Origin: Candidatus Omnitrophota bacterium
GTDB lineage: Bacteria > Omnitrophota > Gorgyraeia > 2-02-FULL-51-18 > JAGOUK01
Length of the DNA: 64,000 bases
Assembly (NCBI GenBank): GCA_047639455.1
Contig: JBLINS010000002.1
Coordinates: 226 to 64,225, forward strand
Direction of reading: 5' to 3'
In this document: piece after piece, positions 1 through 10,155 of the stretch
How the letters are laid out: each line of letters starts with the position of its first letter
Numbering within the stretch: the stretch's first letter is position 1
Program-made: the position numbers and the translations under genes
Notes under the pieces: model-generated
The model's input: only the letters and a program-made list of their open reading frames with translations
Told to the model about the DNA's origin: nothing
The model's database searches: none

Positions 1-2
1 TC

Positions 3-3000
3 ATGTCAGAATTAGCTGCTCTGGATTCGGAGGTATTATATTCCTTAGCAAGAACCCAAGATGAGCAATCGCTATGGTTGTTATCCGACAACCTCAAGCT
101 TTTAACCAATCTCATCGACTTCAAATTACAAAGTGAAGACTATACCCAAATCATTTCTAGAAAAGATGTTTTTGACATCACGAAGATTGCCGGGTTTATG
201 AATCAAAAAATACTAGAATTAAAAGATTATCAAGAAAAAGCCCTATTCCTAAAGAATGACTTCAAAGATATTATTAAGTCAGCGCAAAAGTTTTATGAAT
301 TAACTTTAACGAGAGATCAGGCCTTTATTCAAAATGCGATCAAGAAAATAGAGGCAGACGATAATGAAGCGTCAATAATGATAACCGGCGGGTATCATAC
401 CCCCAATTTAAAAAAACAACTCAAGGCCCAGAATATGTCATTCATATCTTTAACGCCTACAGTAACGCATGAGACCAACCGCCCACTTTACGAAGAGCTG
501 CTCCTCAATCAAAGCGTTAGAATCACATCGCCCAATAACGCTAATTCCATGTCATTACTTCCAGTCAGAATGACTAATTCTCCATTATCGTTCTCGACAC
601 TGGCCGGAGAATTAAATGTGGATGTTTTGAGTAGTTTGATTGAGAGTTCGAGAATGGCGGATTATGTGGGTGAGTTTGATGATGGGAAGACCATGAAGGC
701 CGGTACGAGGGCTTATTCTTTTGAGGGGGGCTTGGGCGAGTTAAATAAAGAGTATTGGAATATGTTGAATGAAGAGGATCAGGTTAATATACACATATTA
801 CTTTCGCAGAATGCTGCTAATGAGGAAAATAAACGTTCTTATGTTTATGAATTAATTCATCCGTTTAAGTGGAACCGGATCATGATAACGGAGGTTCAAA
901 TCAAAGGTTTTTATGTGAATCAATCCCAAACACCCGAGAGCCATGCGGGGAGGGGGAATGTTACTGCGAATCTCTTTGGTCCATCAAATCCTGATCCTGA
1001 GGGTGGACTAACACAAAAAGGCGCTGTTAATGAACATAGAATAGCAACTCAATTCTATGCCGATCACAAGCCTCTAAATGGAACTTTCTTAAAAGTGCCT
1101 TTAGGATGGGGCACATTCCCAAATATCAATTATAAAGATCAGCCCTTGGGGTTTGTCATTATGGGTACGCCTAAATTCATGACACGTCGCATGAAAGTAG
1201 AGGACATGATTTTTGGCAAGATATTAGATGGCCTATATCTCAATGGTTTGGGTTTGCGCGACCTACACAATTCAGGTATTGGACATGGATTTTATCATCC
1301 TGGGAATATGTCTTATAATTTGATAGACACTCCCAGCTCAACGGCCGATGTCAATTTGGCTGGCATTCATGATCTTGATAGTGCCTTTTGGCTTGAAGAA
1401 AAAGCGACTCAAAACAAAACCACTGTTGAGCGCATTATTATGGCGGATTTAATATATGCCTTAGTGCAGCTAGTCGATTTATCTGCCGATATAAAACGAA
1501 TGGATGAAAGCGGTTTAATTAATGCCAAAACAATAATAGATGCCTTTTTAGAAGGTTATTTTGCCTACCTTGATGACGACGAACATATAGACGAGGTAGT
1601 TAATAACTCAGCTCGAATTTTTGTAGATTATTATGATTTTCATGTGACTCAAATGAGGATCCTGAAACGTGATTCAGATAAGGTATTAGCATTCTTGCCA
1701 ACCTATCAAAAATTCATTTCTACTCAAACAGATTTACGCCTAATCAATCTCGCCGAAAAAATAATCGGCCTTTATTTGGGCGCCAGACTAAGCGCAAGAA
1801 CACCCAGCACCAATCCCATCTCAGACCAAACCATCAACCAAGCGCCCAATCCTTTTGGAGTTAGGATGGCGGAGGATGAGGACTTGAATTTGTTTGGTCA
1901 AATGGCTAAGTATTATTGGGAAGAACACTTTCCATCTTCTGTGCAATGGCATGTGGCGGGTACATTGGGAGCTTTGGCAGCTATGGATATTGATGAAATA
2001 AGGTCTATGAATATGGAAACCTTCTTGTACAAGCTAGGTGATTCTCTCAAGATAAAAGCCGTGATTTTGGACAAAGACAATAGGCGCCAAATAATGGATG
2101 CTTATGAGGCTAAATTTGGGGTGGCTTTTGAAGATATGGACACCTTGGTCAAAAATATTTACACCGATGTCACTGGGCCCGAAGAACCTAATGCGGCAGC
2201 GCTTTGGCAATTAAAGCATTATGTTCAGGCTATTCGCAGTAATATGCACGACGCCTTGAATAGCACGACTATATCCCTCGATCTCTTCGGTCATATCGAG
2301 ATTATTATGAGCATGCGCAAGTCACCTTATAAAAAAGAGCTCTTAGATTATATGCAAGGAGTGGGGGACATTCTTACTAGTCATTTTGACATACAGCCAG
2401 GGGTGGAGACTTATATTGTTTTTAATCGCGACATGATGATTCAGCAGCATATGTGGCAAAAGTCTATTGGCGTTGTTATGTTTGCTCAGCGCATCGCACA
2501 GAACTTACATGAGTTGGATGATGCTTTTGAATATCATTATCGCTTGTCAGGCCCGGAGGTGATTAAATTAGAGCTATTATTTGCTTTTGCCTTAGGCGGT
2601 CAAGAATTTGTGGAAGAAACCATTCACTTACAAAGACGCTTACACCAAAGACTTCGTCGATCTTATGACGGTAGTAACGAGACGGTGAGTTTGGAAGACG
2701 TTTTTCGATCAGCTCAGAAGGGTGAATTATTAAAGGAATTTGGTATCACGCCTTTTGTGGATGGGCGCGCTATTCAATGGTCCAATTATTGGGCTAAAGT
2801 TCAAGCGGATGATTGGGAATCCTCTCAGCGCGAAGATTGGGGGCGTGTTAAATCGTTGGCTTTAGATGTGATTAGTTCCAAAGAGGATGGCAATCCACTA
2901 CCTACGCTTGTGCTTGGTGGTAGCCGTGATCAATTTGAAGCCCTATCTTTAATGCAATCATTGCCGGATTCATCATTGGCCCATGTCATGCAAGCAAGTC

Positions 3001-6000
3001 GAGCACATGCATTGGCTCCGCAATCGGACTCAGGTAATTCGAATGGTGGCCAAATTACTTATTTAAGAGTTTCGCCAGAATTATTAACACGCCATGATTT
3101 TGAAGAGTCGAGGCCCCGCGTTGCGATTGCTTTTCAATCCATTGAACACACACCCATTGAAGAGGTATTGAGCACGCTATACCATGTGGGTGAGGATGAC
3201 TTAGAAATGCTGTGGGTAGTTGTTCCATGGGATTCAGATAATGCTTTTGAACGTCGCCAAATGATGCAGCACTTGGATGCCGATGTCGCGATAGCCCAGT
3301 TTGGCATTGATTATTTGAAAGGTGACTTAGACGACGTCGACTTTATCCAAGCATTGAATCGAATCCAGCAAGGATTAAATTCGTTTGGATTAGATGATGA
3401 GCGAGCTCAGCGCTTTGAGTCAGACATAGCGTCAATTGAGCTTGATCGCATTGAACAGGAACTCAGCGCATTACAAATTCAATTGTCAGTTTATTTGATT
3501 CCTAAGAGAGATGCTTATAGAGAACGATATAAGCCGATTACTGCTTATTCAGCGAATGCTTTTTCTGATAGGCGGGAAATACGAAAATCGTTTAGAAAGT
3601 TTGGCTTCGATGTCTCAAAAATTGAGCGTATTCAAAACGGCGACGATTCTAGTCTATTTATTGTACGAGCCAAAAAAGGCGCGGAACATAACCGTCTTTT
3701 GTATGAGGGTGATGTAGTCCAATCAGAACCGCTGACTGTACCTGACTATGCAAAACTTGTTAAGCTGCCCTCGTTTCAAATAGCAGCCCAGACTAGCCCT
3801 CCAACACTGGGGGAAAGTTCTCCTGATCCAGTTCAAGATCTTCCGCAAAAGCTTAGACGGGTGAAGTCCTTGACTATTAAAAAAGCTGATCCAATCTTAA
3901 GTGCGGACGAAGAAAGGGCTTTGCGAGGTGTGTGGCCTAATGTATTTGACGTTAACGTCAAAAATTCCAAATTAATTCAATTGTCTCAATTGGGGTTTGA
4001 GGTTTTTGTTGGAGGCAAGATTGAATTAATGAAAATGTTTTCGTCAAACTTACATAAGAATAAAATTTTTAAACAGATCAATCGTGCTGATGTGAATCGC
4101 TTAGAAAATGCGATACAAAACGTAATTGATAATTTAAGACAACATAGAGGGGACGTACCTAGAGGTCTAGAGCGAGGGCTGATTGGAGTGCGTATTGTGA
4201 ATAAAGAAGGTACCCCGTATTTACAATTCGTTTATTTGGATAATGGGCCAGGATTTGTTAATAAGGATAGCCGATCGAGAGTCCCGATATCCATAGCAGT
4301 TATTCAAGGTGAGCCTGGAGACTCACTTGGTGGCAAGGGTACAGGATTTTTGGGAGTCGGAACAACAGTCGTTGTGGGCGCAGCCGATAATATAACTTAC
4401 CGCGAGTACCACAAGAGTGAATCTTTAGAAAGCTATGAAGGATTCGAATGGAGTAAGCGCACTCAATCGGATGATGTTGTCAAAATATTTCATGATGCTG
4501 AATTACCTGTTCAAAAGAGTTTCTCAGGCGTCCAAATAATTTGGGAGGTTCAGTCTCGATTTGTTGATGGTGTGGAGCTTGAAGTTGAGGTTGATAGCGG
4601 ATCAGTTGAAGTGGCCGAGAAAAGAGTTGAAGAATTGACTGGTGGTGCAGCAGAAGCTAGCCTTCTTTCGGAAACACCCTCGCAACGTCAATCTCGACAT
4701 CAAAGATTTCGAGATAGCTTAATAAGAATGGAGATTGCTCCAGCTAAAGCTGCATTAATTGTAAATTTTATTGAGAGTGAATATATTTCGCACTTTCCTT
4801 GGTCGGTCCCATTAAAATCAATCGATTCTTTTCTGGAGCAATATATTCTCAAATTCTATTCAAATAGTTTAAGCACCTTCGTTGATGATCTGGGAGAAGT
4901 GGAGCTTCGCGAATATATTGAATCTGAAGTTGAGAAAAGTGTTTATGGAGAGGACGAGTCGGGTGACTCAATGGCTGCAAGGACGGCTGCGCCGCGTGAG
5001 GCCGAGGGCGAGAATCGGCAAGTTGTGGAGAGGGCATTGGATAGCGTGAGAAACTTGGAAGGTGTGGAAGTCATTGTCGGTGGTGTGAAGGGGGATATTG
5101 CAAGTGGGGATAAAGATGTTTTGGATATAGTCGATGAGCGTGGCTACGTTATAGAGCCTTCTCAGAAGGCAATGCAAAAGGAAGTCCATGCTCAAGGTCT
5201 TTGGCATCGTGTGGCGCATGTATATGTATTTACTCCGGACGGTCGATTGATTTTGCAAAGAAGATCTTTAGCCAAGCCTTTGTCTCCAGGCAAATTGCAA
5301 GTGTCCGCAAGTGGACGCGTGAATGCCGGAGAGTCTGCATTGGACGCTGTCCTCCGCGAAACTGAGGAAGAATTAGGCATTAACTTCTGGCCTGAAGAAT
5401 TGATTCGCATAGGCAAAGAAAATGGACTTAGACGATCGTATGATATTTCTGGTGGGGGTGCGAATAATGAATTCATCACAAGTTACGCAGTTAAACTGTC
5501 GAGTTCAGCCCAAGTAGATCAAATATCCAAAAAGTATAATTTATTAGAAACCCAAGATCTCTGGATTCTGCCTTGGGATACATTTGTGTCGACTGTAAAA
5601 AATGACAAAGACAAATCCATTTTTTCTAATAGCCTTCACGGACTTATTCACAACCCAGAATTATTGCAACAATTAACCGAGAGCCAATCGGACATGGATT
5701 CGACGAGCGGAGGGAGCTCTTTAGATGAAGATCGTGATGTTGGTGGGGTGCGGATGAGTCGGGAGGTTGAGCCGGATAGATTTTTATATCCTATGGCAGG
5801 AACATTATTTATGCAGCCAAGAGATTCAAAACGTGTGGATAAAAATTCATATGATGGTCAGTTTAGGAATGTGGGGCTAAACTTATTAGCAAACTCCGCG
5901 AATCCTATTTCAGGGTTAATTGATCAAGAGATAAAAACTAAAGGTCATATTATTGTGGCCGATATTGGAGCAGGCCGTCAATTGGCGCTAATGGAAGCCA

Positions 6001-7697
6001 AACAAGAATTTGGAGACCAGATCACGACAGTGGCAGTGGACGTGGAGAATCATTTAGAAAGGTTGCAGCCTGATTATATAAGCAATGTCGGCAAGAGGTT
6101 GGGCGTAGAATTGGACGAAACCCATCGCCCTGATTTTATACTTGCACCTTCGCGATCTGTTAAATTCAATGAACCACCAGACATCATTCTCGCTATACGG
6201 TCACTGCCATATGAAGAGGATCCGATGCTTGGATTTGAGAATCTATATAATCAATTAGCGGTTGATGGCACGTTCGTTGCCAGGTATTACCCTGATTTGC
6301 TCAAAAATTTTGATCCTTCAGGAAAAAGCAATTTTGATGAGCCTGATTGGCTATTTAAAGCGTTAACAGAATTAAAATCTAAAGGATTAATTGCCGGGGA
6401 ATTTAGAGCAGGCTTTGTTTTTATTAAAAAAATGTCAGCTAAACAAATCCGTATTAATTTGGAACGCGATGAAACGCGTATTAAAGTTCACCGAACCCAG
6501 CACAATAGCCTTGTTCGTGGAGATTATAAAATCACAGATGGCCATGAAGAGCTGGTGACTATCATTGATGATTCTAATCCACCAGGCGATGCTCCTAAAG
6601 GTGAGGCTAGGATGGCCAATCGAATTACGTCATTTTTAGATGACGAACTTGTCACGCAACATTTTGTAGATAGTTTAAAAGACTATAGTAATGCGGGCTC
6701 CGGGGATGAATTGCCAATATTCTTATATGGACTTTATTTGCAGCGGAATAAGTTCGACGGTAGGCATACGCTGCCATTAGGCTCAAGTCTCATAACACCT
6801 AAGGCGCTTCGTGATGAAAACGGAGAAATTACTTTATATTTAATGCCGGTGGGCACGCCGCTTGATCTTAGCCCGGAAGAAACCATGCTTAGCTCCATAT
6901 TCTTTGTCAAACTTAATGATGCTAGAGACCTTGTCCAAAGCTACCAGCATGATACAAAAGTTTTAGAGCAGAAATATGTACAAGGGAGTGCCGTGGCATA
7001 TCAATTAGAGCTTCGTTCAGCCCGACGAGATTTTGTTAATGATAAGCTTGGGTCAAAGGTATTTTCTTCTAAACGAACTGTGCCTAAAGCCGTTCATATT
7101 TTGGAATCCGCTTATAGTGCTGATATGGATGCCTTAGACATAGAGCAGCAACTGGATTTATTAATCCCTACATTGAAGCATATACATCAAGCGGCTCCTG
7201 AAGTGACTTTTTATTTGGACAAACGTTTTGCCCAACGCAGTTCAAGGGTTGAATACCTATTGAATAAATATAAAGTGAATGATTTTATTCACATTGGTGA
7301 CCCAATTGAATTAGCCGTGATCACGCTTGGTTCACTAGAAGCGGGTATTGGTATTCATATCGACATCAACCCAATTGAGGCTGATGAAATTCCTATGGGT
7401 TTGGCGAGCGCTCTATACCAAGGTATTGTTGAGGCAACTGCCTTAGTTGATATAGGCACACAAAAAATCGATTTTGATATAGTCGATGAAGCGGTTATTA
7501 GCGAATTAAGGCGCAGGCGCAATCAATACCTTAAAGATTCTATAGACGATAATATAACTTATTTACGTATATTAAGCGGCACGGCTCCCAAATCGTTGCG
7601 TCAAAAATTCCTATGGAGTATTGCTCAACAAATCCCCATTGAATTCATCATCCAGGCCGCGCAACGCACCATTAAATATGTGCAGAGATCTACTTAG
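3..7697 (+). CDS. Giant multidomain protein, 5'-partial (more than 2564 aa). It shares an N-terminal module with the second giant ORF and has kinase-like, GHKL-ATPase-like, NUDIX and SAM-methyltransferase-like motifs.
   Basis: Single uninterrupted ORF from the window edge to 7697. Translated motifs: HGFYHPGN...IHDLD (nt ~1290-1385), DNGPGF and GxGTGFLGVG (nt ~4238-4362), perfect Nudix box GRVNAGESALDAVLRETEEELGI (nt ~5309-5377), IVADIGAGRQ (nt ~5950-5977). aa ~125-170 are clearly homologous to aa ~485-530 of ORF 33741..41081. Confidence 0.75.
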   Translation: MSELAALDSEVLYSLARTQDEQSLWLLSDNLKLLTNLIDFKLQSEDYTQIISRKDVFDITKIAGFMNQKILELKDYQEKALFLKNDFKDIIKSAQKFYELTLTRDQAFIQNAIKKIEADDNEASIMITGGYHTPNLKKQLKAQNMSFISLTPTVTHETNRPLYEELLLNQSVRITSPNNANSMSLLPVRMTNSPLSFSTLAGELNVDVLSSLIESSRMADYVGEFDDGKTMKAGTRAYSFEGGLGELNKEYWNMLNEEDQVNIHILLSQNAANEENKRSYVYELIHPFKWNRIMITEVQIKGFYVNQSQTPESHAGRGNVTANLFGPSNPDPEGGLTQKGAVNEHRIATQFYADHKPLNGTFLKVPLGWGTFPNINYKDQPLGFVIMGTPKFMTRRMKVEDMIFGKILDGLYLNGLGLRDLHNSGIGHGFYHPGNMSYNLIDTPSSTADVNLAGIHDLDSAFWLEEKATQNKTTVERIIMADLIYALVQLVDLSADIKRMDESGLINAKTIIDAFLEGYFAYLDDDEHIDEVVNNSARIFVDYYDFHVTQMRILKRDSDKVLAFLPTYQKFISTQTDLRLINLAEKIIGLYLGARLSARTPSTNPISDQTINQAPNPFGVRMAEDEDLNLFGQMAKYYWEEHFPSSVQWHVAGTLGALAAMDIDEIRSMNMETFLYKLGDSLKIKAVILDKDNRRQIMDAYEAKFGVAFEDMDTLVKNIYTDVTGPEEPNAAALWQLKHYVQAIRSNMHDALNSTTISLDLFGHIEIIMSMRKSPYKKELLDYMQGVGDILTSHFDIQPGVETYIVFNRDMMIQQHMWQKSIGVVMFAQRIAQNLHELDDAFEYHYRLSGPEVIKLELLFAFALGGQEFVEETIHLQRRLHQRLRRSYDGSNETVSLEDVFRSAQKGELLKEFGITPFVDGRAIQWSNYWAKVQADDWESSQREDWGRVKSLALDVISSKEDGNPLPTLVLGGSRDQFEALSLMQSLPDSSLAHVMQASRAHALAPQSDSGNSNGGQITYLRVSPELLTRHDFEESRPRVAIAFQSIEHTPIEEVLSTLYHVGEDDLEMLWVVVPWDSDNAFERRQMMQHLDADVAIAQFGIDYLKGDLDDVDFIQALNRIQQGLNSFGLDDERAQRFESDIASIELDRIEQELSALQIQLSVYLIPKRDAYRERYKPITAYSANAFSDRREIRKSFRKFGFDVSKIERIQNGDDSSLFIVRAKKGAEHNRLLYEGDVVQSEPLTVPDYAKLVKLPSFQIAAQTSPPTLGESSPDPVQDLPQKLRRVKSLTIKKADPILSADEERALRGVWPNVFDVNVKNSKLIQLSQLGFEVFVGGKIELMKMFSSNLHKNKIFKQINRADVNRLENAIQNVIDNLRQHRGDVPRGLERGLIGVRIVNKEGTPYLQFVYLDNGPGFVNKDSRSRVPISIAVIQGEPGDSLGGKGTGFLGVGTTVVVGAADNITYREYHKSESLESYEGFEWSKRTQSDDVVKIFHDAELPVQKSFSGVQIIWEVQSRFVDGVELEVEVDSGSVEVAEKRVEELTGGAAEASLLSETPSQRQSRHQRFRDSLIRMEIAPAKAALIVNFIESEYISHFPWSVPLKSIDSFLEQYILKFYSNSLSTFVDDLGEVELREYIESEVEKSVYGEDESGDSMAARTAAPREAEGENRQVVERALDSVRNLEGVEVIVGGVKGDIASGDKDVLDIVDERGYVIEPSQKAMQKEVHAQGLWHRVAHVYVFTPDGRLILQRRSLAKPLSPGKLQVSASGRVNAGESALDAVLRETEEELGINFWPEELIRIGKENGLRRSYDISGGGANNEFITSYAVKLSSSAQVDQISKKYNLLETQDLWILPWDTFVSTVKNDKDKSIFSNSLHGLIHNPELLQQLTESQSDMDSTSGGSSLDEDRDVGGVRMSREVEPDRFLYPMAGTLFMQPRDSKRVDKNSYDGQFRNVGLNLLANSANPISGLIDQEIKTKGHIIVADIGAGRQLALMEAKQEFGDQITTVAVDVENHLERLQPDYISNVGKRLGVELDETHRPDFILAPSRSVKFNEPPDIILAIRSLPYEEDPMLGFENLYNQLAVDGTFVARYYPDLLKNFDPSGKSNFDEPDWLFKALTELKSKGLIAGEFRAGFVFIKKMSAKQIRINLERDETRIKVHRTQHNSLVRGDYKITDGHEELVTIIDDSNPPGDAPKGEARMANRITSFLDDELVTQHFVDSLKDYSNAGSGDELPIFLYGLYLQRNKFDGRHTLPLGSSLITPKALRDENGEITLYLMPVGTPLDLSPEETMLSSIFFVKLNDARDLVQSYQHDTKVLEQKYVQGSAVAYQLELRSARRDFVNDKLGSKVFSSKRTVPKAVHILESAYSADMDALDIEQQLDLLIPTLKHIHQAAPEVTFYLDKRFAQRSSRVEYLLNKYKVNDFIHIGDPIELAVITLGSLEAGIGIHIDINPIEADEIPMGLASALYQGIVEATALVDIGTQKIDFDIVDEAVISELRRRRNQYLKDSIDDNITYLRILSGTAPKSLRQKFLWSIAQQIPIEFIIQAAQRTIKYVQRST
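5309..5377 (+). other. Nudix box (GX5EX7REUXEEXGU) embedded in the giant ORF
   Basis: The translation GRVNAGESALDAVLRETEEELGI fits the canonical Nudix signature exactly. The upstream ...WHRVAHVYVFTPDGRLILQRR... is typical of a Nudix fold beta-strand region. Confidence 0.7.
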
Positions 7698-7976
7698 CCC
7701 TTAAGACTTAGTTTTTTTTGTTTTGGATAGCAAAATAAATACAAGTTCCGACCAGGGGGCAAAGAATCACAAATATCATCCATATGCACTTGGCCAATAA
7801 GTTCAATTTGGACTTGCCGATATATACTAGGGTGACCAAATCAATGATTATTATTAGGATTTCGAAAATTCGGAACATGAGATTTATTTGGGCTCTAATT
7901 GTCTAGATTTAGCTTGTTGTTTGCCAGTCGCGAGTTGTAGTATATCATTCTAAAGCAAGTTATACAGGGGATAAAT

Positions 7977-8240
7977 ATGAGCCAATCACATTCAAGAAGC
8001 GATAAACGTCATTTGAATCAAGTCATAGAAAAGAAAGCTACTCAAAAGCTGAATGCCATCCTTGCGGGGGCCATGGCTATTTTTGGTGCATTGATATGTT
8101 TAGTTATAGGTATTAGCCAAGGCTTTTCTATATACATTGCGCTCATAACCATTGTATTCGTTTTGGGCGGTATTTATTTAATGTATCGTGGATTTAAAAT
8201 CATAACCAAAGAAATAAAGGCCTTAAAAAATGAATCATAG
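7977..8240 (+). CDS. Small membrane protein (two predicted TM helices), hypothetical
   Basis: 87-aa ORF with two hydrophobic segments. AGGGG RBS-like sequence upstream. Confidence 0.4.
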   Translation: MSQSHSRSDKRHLNQVIEKKATQKLNAILAGAMAIFGALICLVIGISQGFSIYIALITIVFVLGGIYLMYRGFKIITKEIKALKNES

Positions 8241-8505
8241 TCAATATAGCCTAATCGTCATAGCCGTCCTTGTTTGCTCTATTTACGGGTCAAGTACAGT
8301 GCATGCCGCCGTTGTTAGCGATGAACGCACTAGTCTCATTTCTTCGGTTGTGGATATAGCTAAAGGTGCCAGTGATATTACAAAAGACGCCGTTAATTCT
8401 GCGTTTGGGCCAACGGGTAAATACCTAAATGACAGCACAACTATTAAAGATGAGTCTCTTCAGACTCGCCAAGCTCAAGTAAACAAGTCGACGACAACTT
8501 CTTGA
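8230..8505 (+). CDS. Small secreted hypothetical protein
   Basis: N-terminal signal-peptide-like segment (LIVIAVLVCSIYGSSTVHA). Confidence 0.4.
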   Translation: MNHSQYSLIVIAVLVCSIYGSSTVHAAVVSDERTSLISSVVDIAKGASDITKDAVNSAFGPTGKYLNDSTTIKDESLQTRQAQVNKSTTTS

Positions 8506-8512
8506 TGAGTGT

Positions 8513-8833
8513 ATGAAAAAAATATTGGCCTTGAGCCTGGCCTTAGCATCATTCACGATAATGACTCCCCAGGTTTGGTCAGCGGATCAAGTCGACTCTG
8601 CCGCCATAGGTTATCAATTGGGCTATAGTCAAGGTCAAGTTGAGCAAGTAGAGGGTATAGAGTCTCAAGACCCTAAAATCATACTAGACTCACCTATGTT
8701 TCAAGGAGGCTATCAACTTTTTGCAAATGAATATGGTCTCAATGATTCAGAATTTAGAGAGTCGTATACAAAAGGTTTTCACGCCGGTTATGCCGCTCAA
8801 GTTGACGCGAGTATTCCGCTGACCAATAATTAG
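8513..8833 (+). CDS. Small secreted hypothetical protein
   Basis: Signal peptide MKKILALSLALASFTIMTPQVWSA. No recognisable domain. Confidence 0.45.
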   Translation: MKKILALSLALASFTIMTPQVWSADQVDSAAIGYQLGYSQGQVEQVEGIESQDPKIILDSPMFQGGYQLFANEYGLNDSEFRESYTKGFHAGYAAQVDASIPLTNN

Positions 8834-9021
8834 GGCCCCGTAAATGAATAGCAGGTACATTTCTACCCCGATCTTCAGCCCATCTTTGTCCGGTCTTCAA
8901 TCGCTATTTCCTCAACGTACAATGGGTACGGCTCGAAAATTGTTCAATCAGATCGAACAAATTTGGACTAAATCTGAGCGCATAAATATACCGGTTATTC
9001 ATTTACGAACCCTCACAAAAC

Positions 9022-9714
9022 ATGTCTAAAAAATTAATAGCCTTCTCCACACTTATAATTAGCCTGCTTATTGGATTGGCATTGTTATTTGCATTCCACT
9101 ATAAAGAACAGTTGAGCGGGGGTGTAGAAAAACATTGGATTCAGGCATCAGCCAAAATGGGCATGGTGATTCTTGACGATAAGGGTTTATTGGCAACAGA
9201 TATATCCAAATTATTTTTATTCCAATTTGGTCAAGACAAGCGCGTTCATCGATTGGCGCGTGGTGTTATAGAGGGGCAACTGTATTATTGTTTTGATTTC
9301 ACGTCATCCAAACGCAAGTGGGGTAGCGCTACTTATCCGCAAAGTGCGACCGTGATAGCCTTTCCGCTTAAAGATGTGAATTTGCCTTTTTTTTGGCTCA
9401 AATATGGCGCTCGCAGGACATGGTATCGCAATATCTCCTTTAATGATTACCCTGCTTTTTCTGATAATTTTATTGTTTCAGGCCCTAATGAAAAGTCCAT
9501 TAAAGCTTTGTTTAATTCACATTTGAGGCGTTTATTCATCGATTTAACTAAGAGTAAATCGATGCGTAGCTTATCATTAGATAATATGCGCATGGACGGT
9601 GGTAAGGAATGGCTAATTGTTTATTCAGCCGATAAATACCTCCAATCACATGAATTGGCGCCCTGGATTAAGAGGGCCAGCCACATCAAAAAACAGCTTT
9701 TACGCTCAATTTGA
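9022..9714 (+). CDS. Membrane-anchored hypothetical protein
   Basis: 230-aa ORF with an N-terminal TM anchor (LIAFSTLIISLLIGLALLFAF). Confidence 0.45.
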   Translation: MSKKLIAFSTLIISLLIGLALLFAFHYKEQLSGGVEKHWIQASAKMGMVILDDKGLLATDISKLFLFQFGQDKRVHRLARGVIEGQLYYCFDFTSSKRKWGSATYPQSATVIAFPLKDVNLPFFWLKYGARRTWYRNISFNDYPAFSDNFIVSGPNEKSIKALFNSHLRRLFIDLTKSKSMRSLSLDNMRMDGGKEWLIVYSADKYLQSHELAPWIKRASHIKKQLLRSI

Positions 9715-9811
9715 ACCCTTTCCGACTAAGTGCTTAAAATTTGTTAAATTATTATATTTTTGTTAATATATATCTATTGAATTAACAGTGAATAACAGGT
9801 AAATTTAACTT

Positions 9812-10114
9812 ATGCACAACTATTTAATTAAGAAATTCACATTGGGCTTTATGGCACTAATAATCGCTTTGACATTATTAGTCCATGGGCCATTAAATGC
9901 TGAGGAATTAGAAGATAGTGCCGAAGTAGGTAATTCTCAATTCATCGTACAAACGGTAACGCCTCCAAATCAGGCCCTAGTGTCTATACCCATGACATCC
10001 CAAGGCGCAGTCTTTACGAGCCAAGCTAATAGGCCAGATAAGGCTTATTGGTTAGATTATTACCACCAACTCCTCGCTGACTCCCAAAAACAAGACCAAA
10101 CCACCGCAGAGTAA
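9812..10114 (+). CDS. Small secreted hypothetical protein
   Basis: 100-aa ORF with a signal-peptide-like N-terminus. Confidence 0.4.
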   Translation: MHNYLIKKFTLGFMALIIALTLLVHGPLNAEELEDSAEVGNSQFIVQTVTPPNQALVSIPMTSQGAVFTSQANRPDKAYWLDYYHQLLADSQKQDQTTAE

Positions 10115-10155
10115 TTCCTAATATCTCAAGATTAGAGTTCCATCTGTGGAGGCAT

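Noticed and set aside
3511-5479. Short ORFs inside or antisense to giant ORF 1 (3511-3717 +, 4849-5037 -, 4968-5258 -, 5192-5479 -)
   Set aside because: They are fully embedded in a much longer ORF that has clear protein-domain signatures. They have no RBS and low-complexity translations, and are treated as shadow ORFs.
7698-7760. Possible terminator after giant ORF 1 (CTTAAGACTTAG then T8)
   Set aside because: A T-run is present but the preceding stem is at best 5 bp and AT-rich. That is not convincing as an intrinsic terminator.
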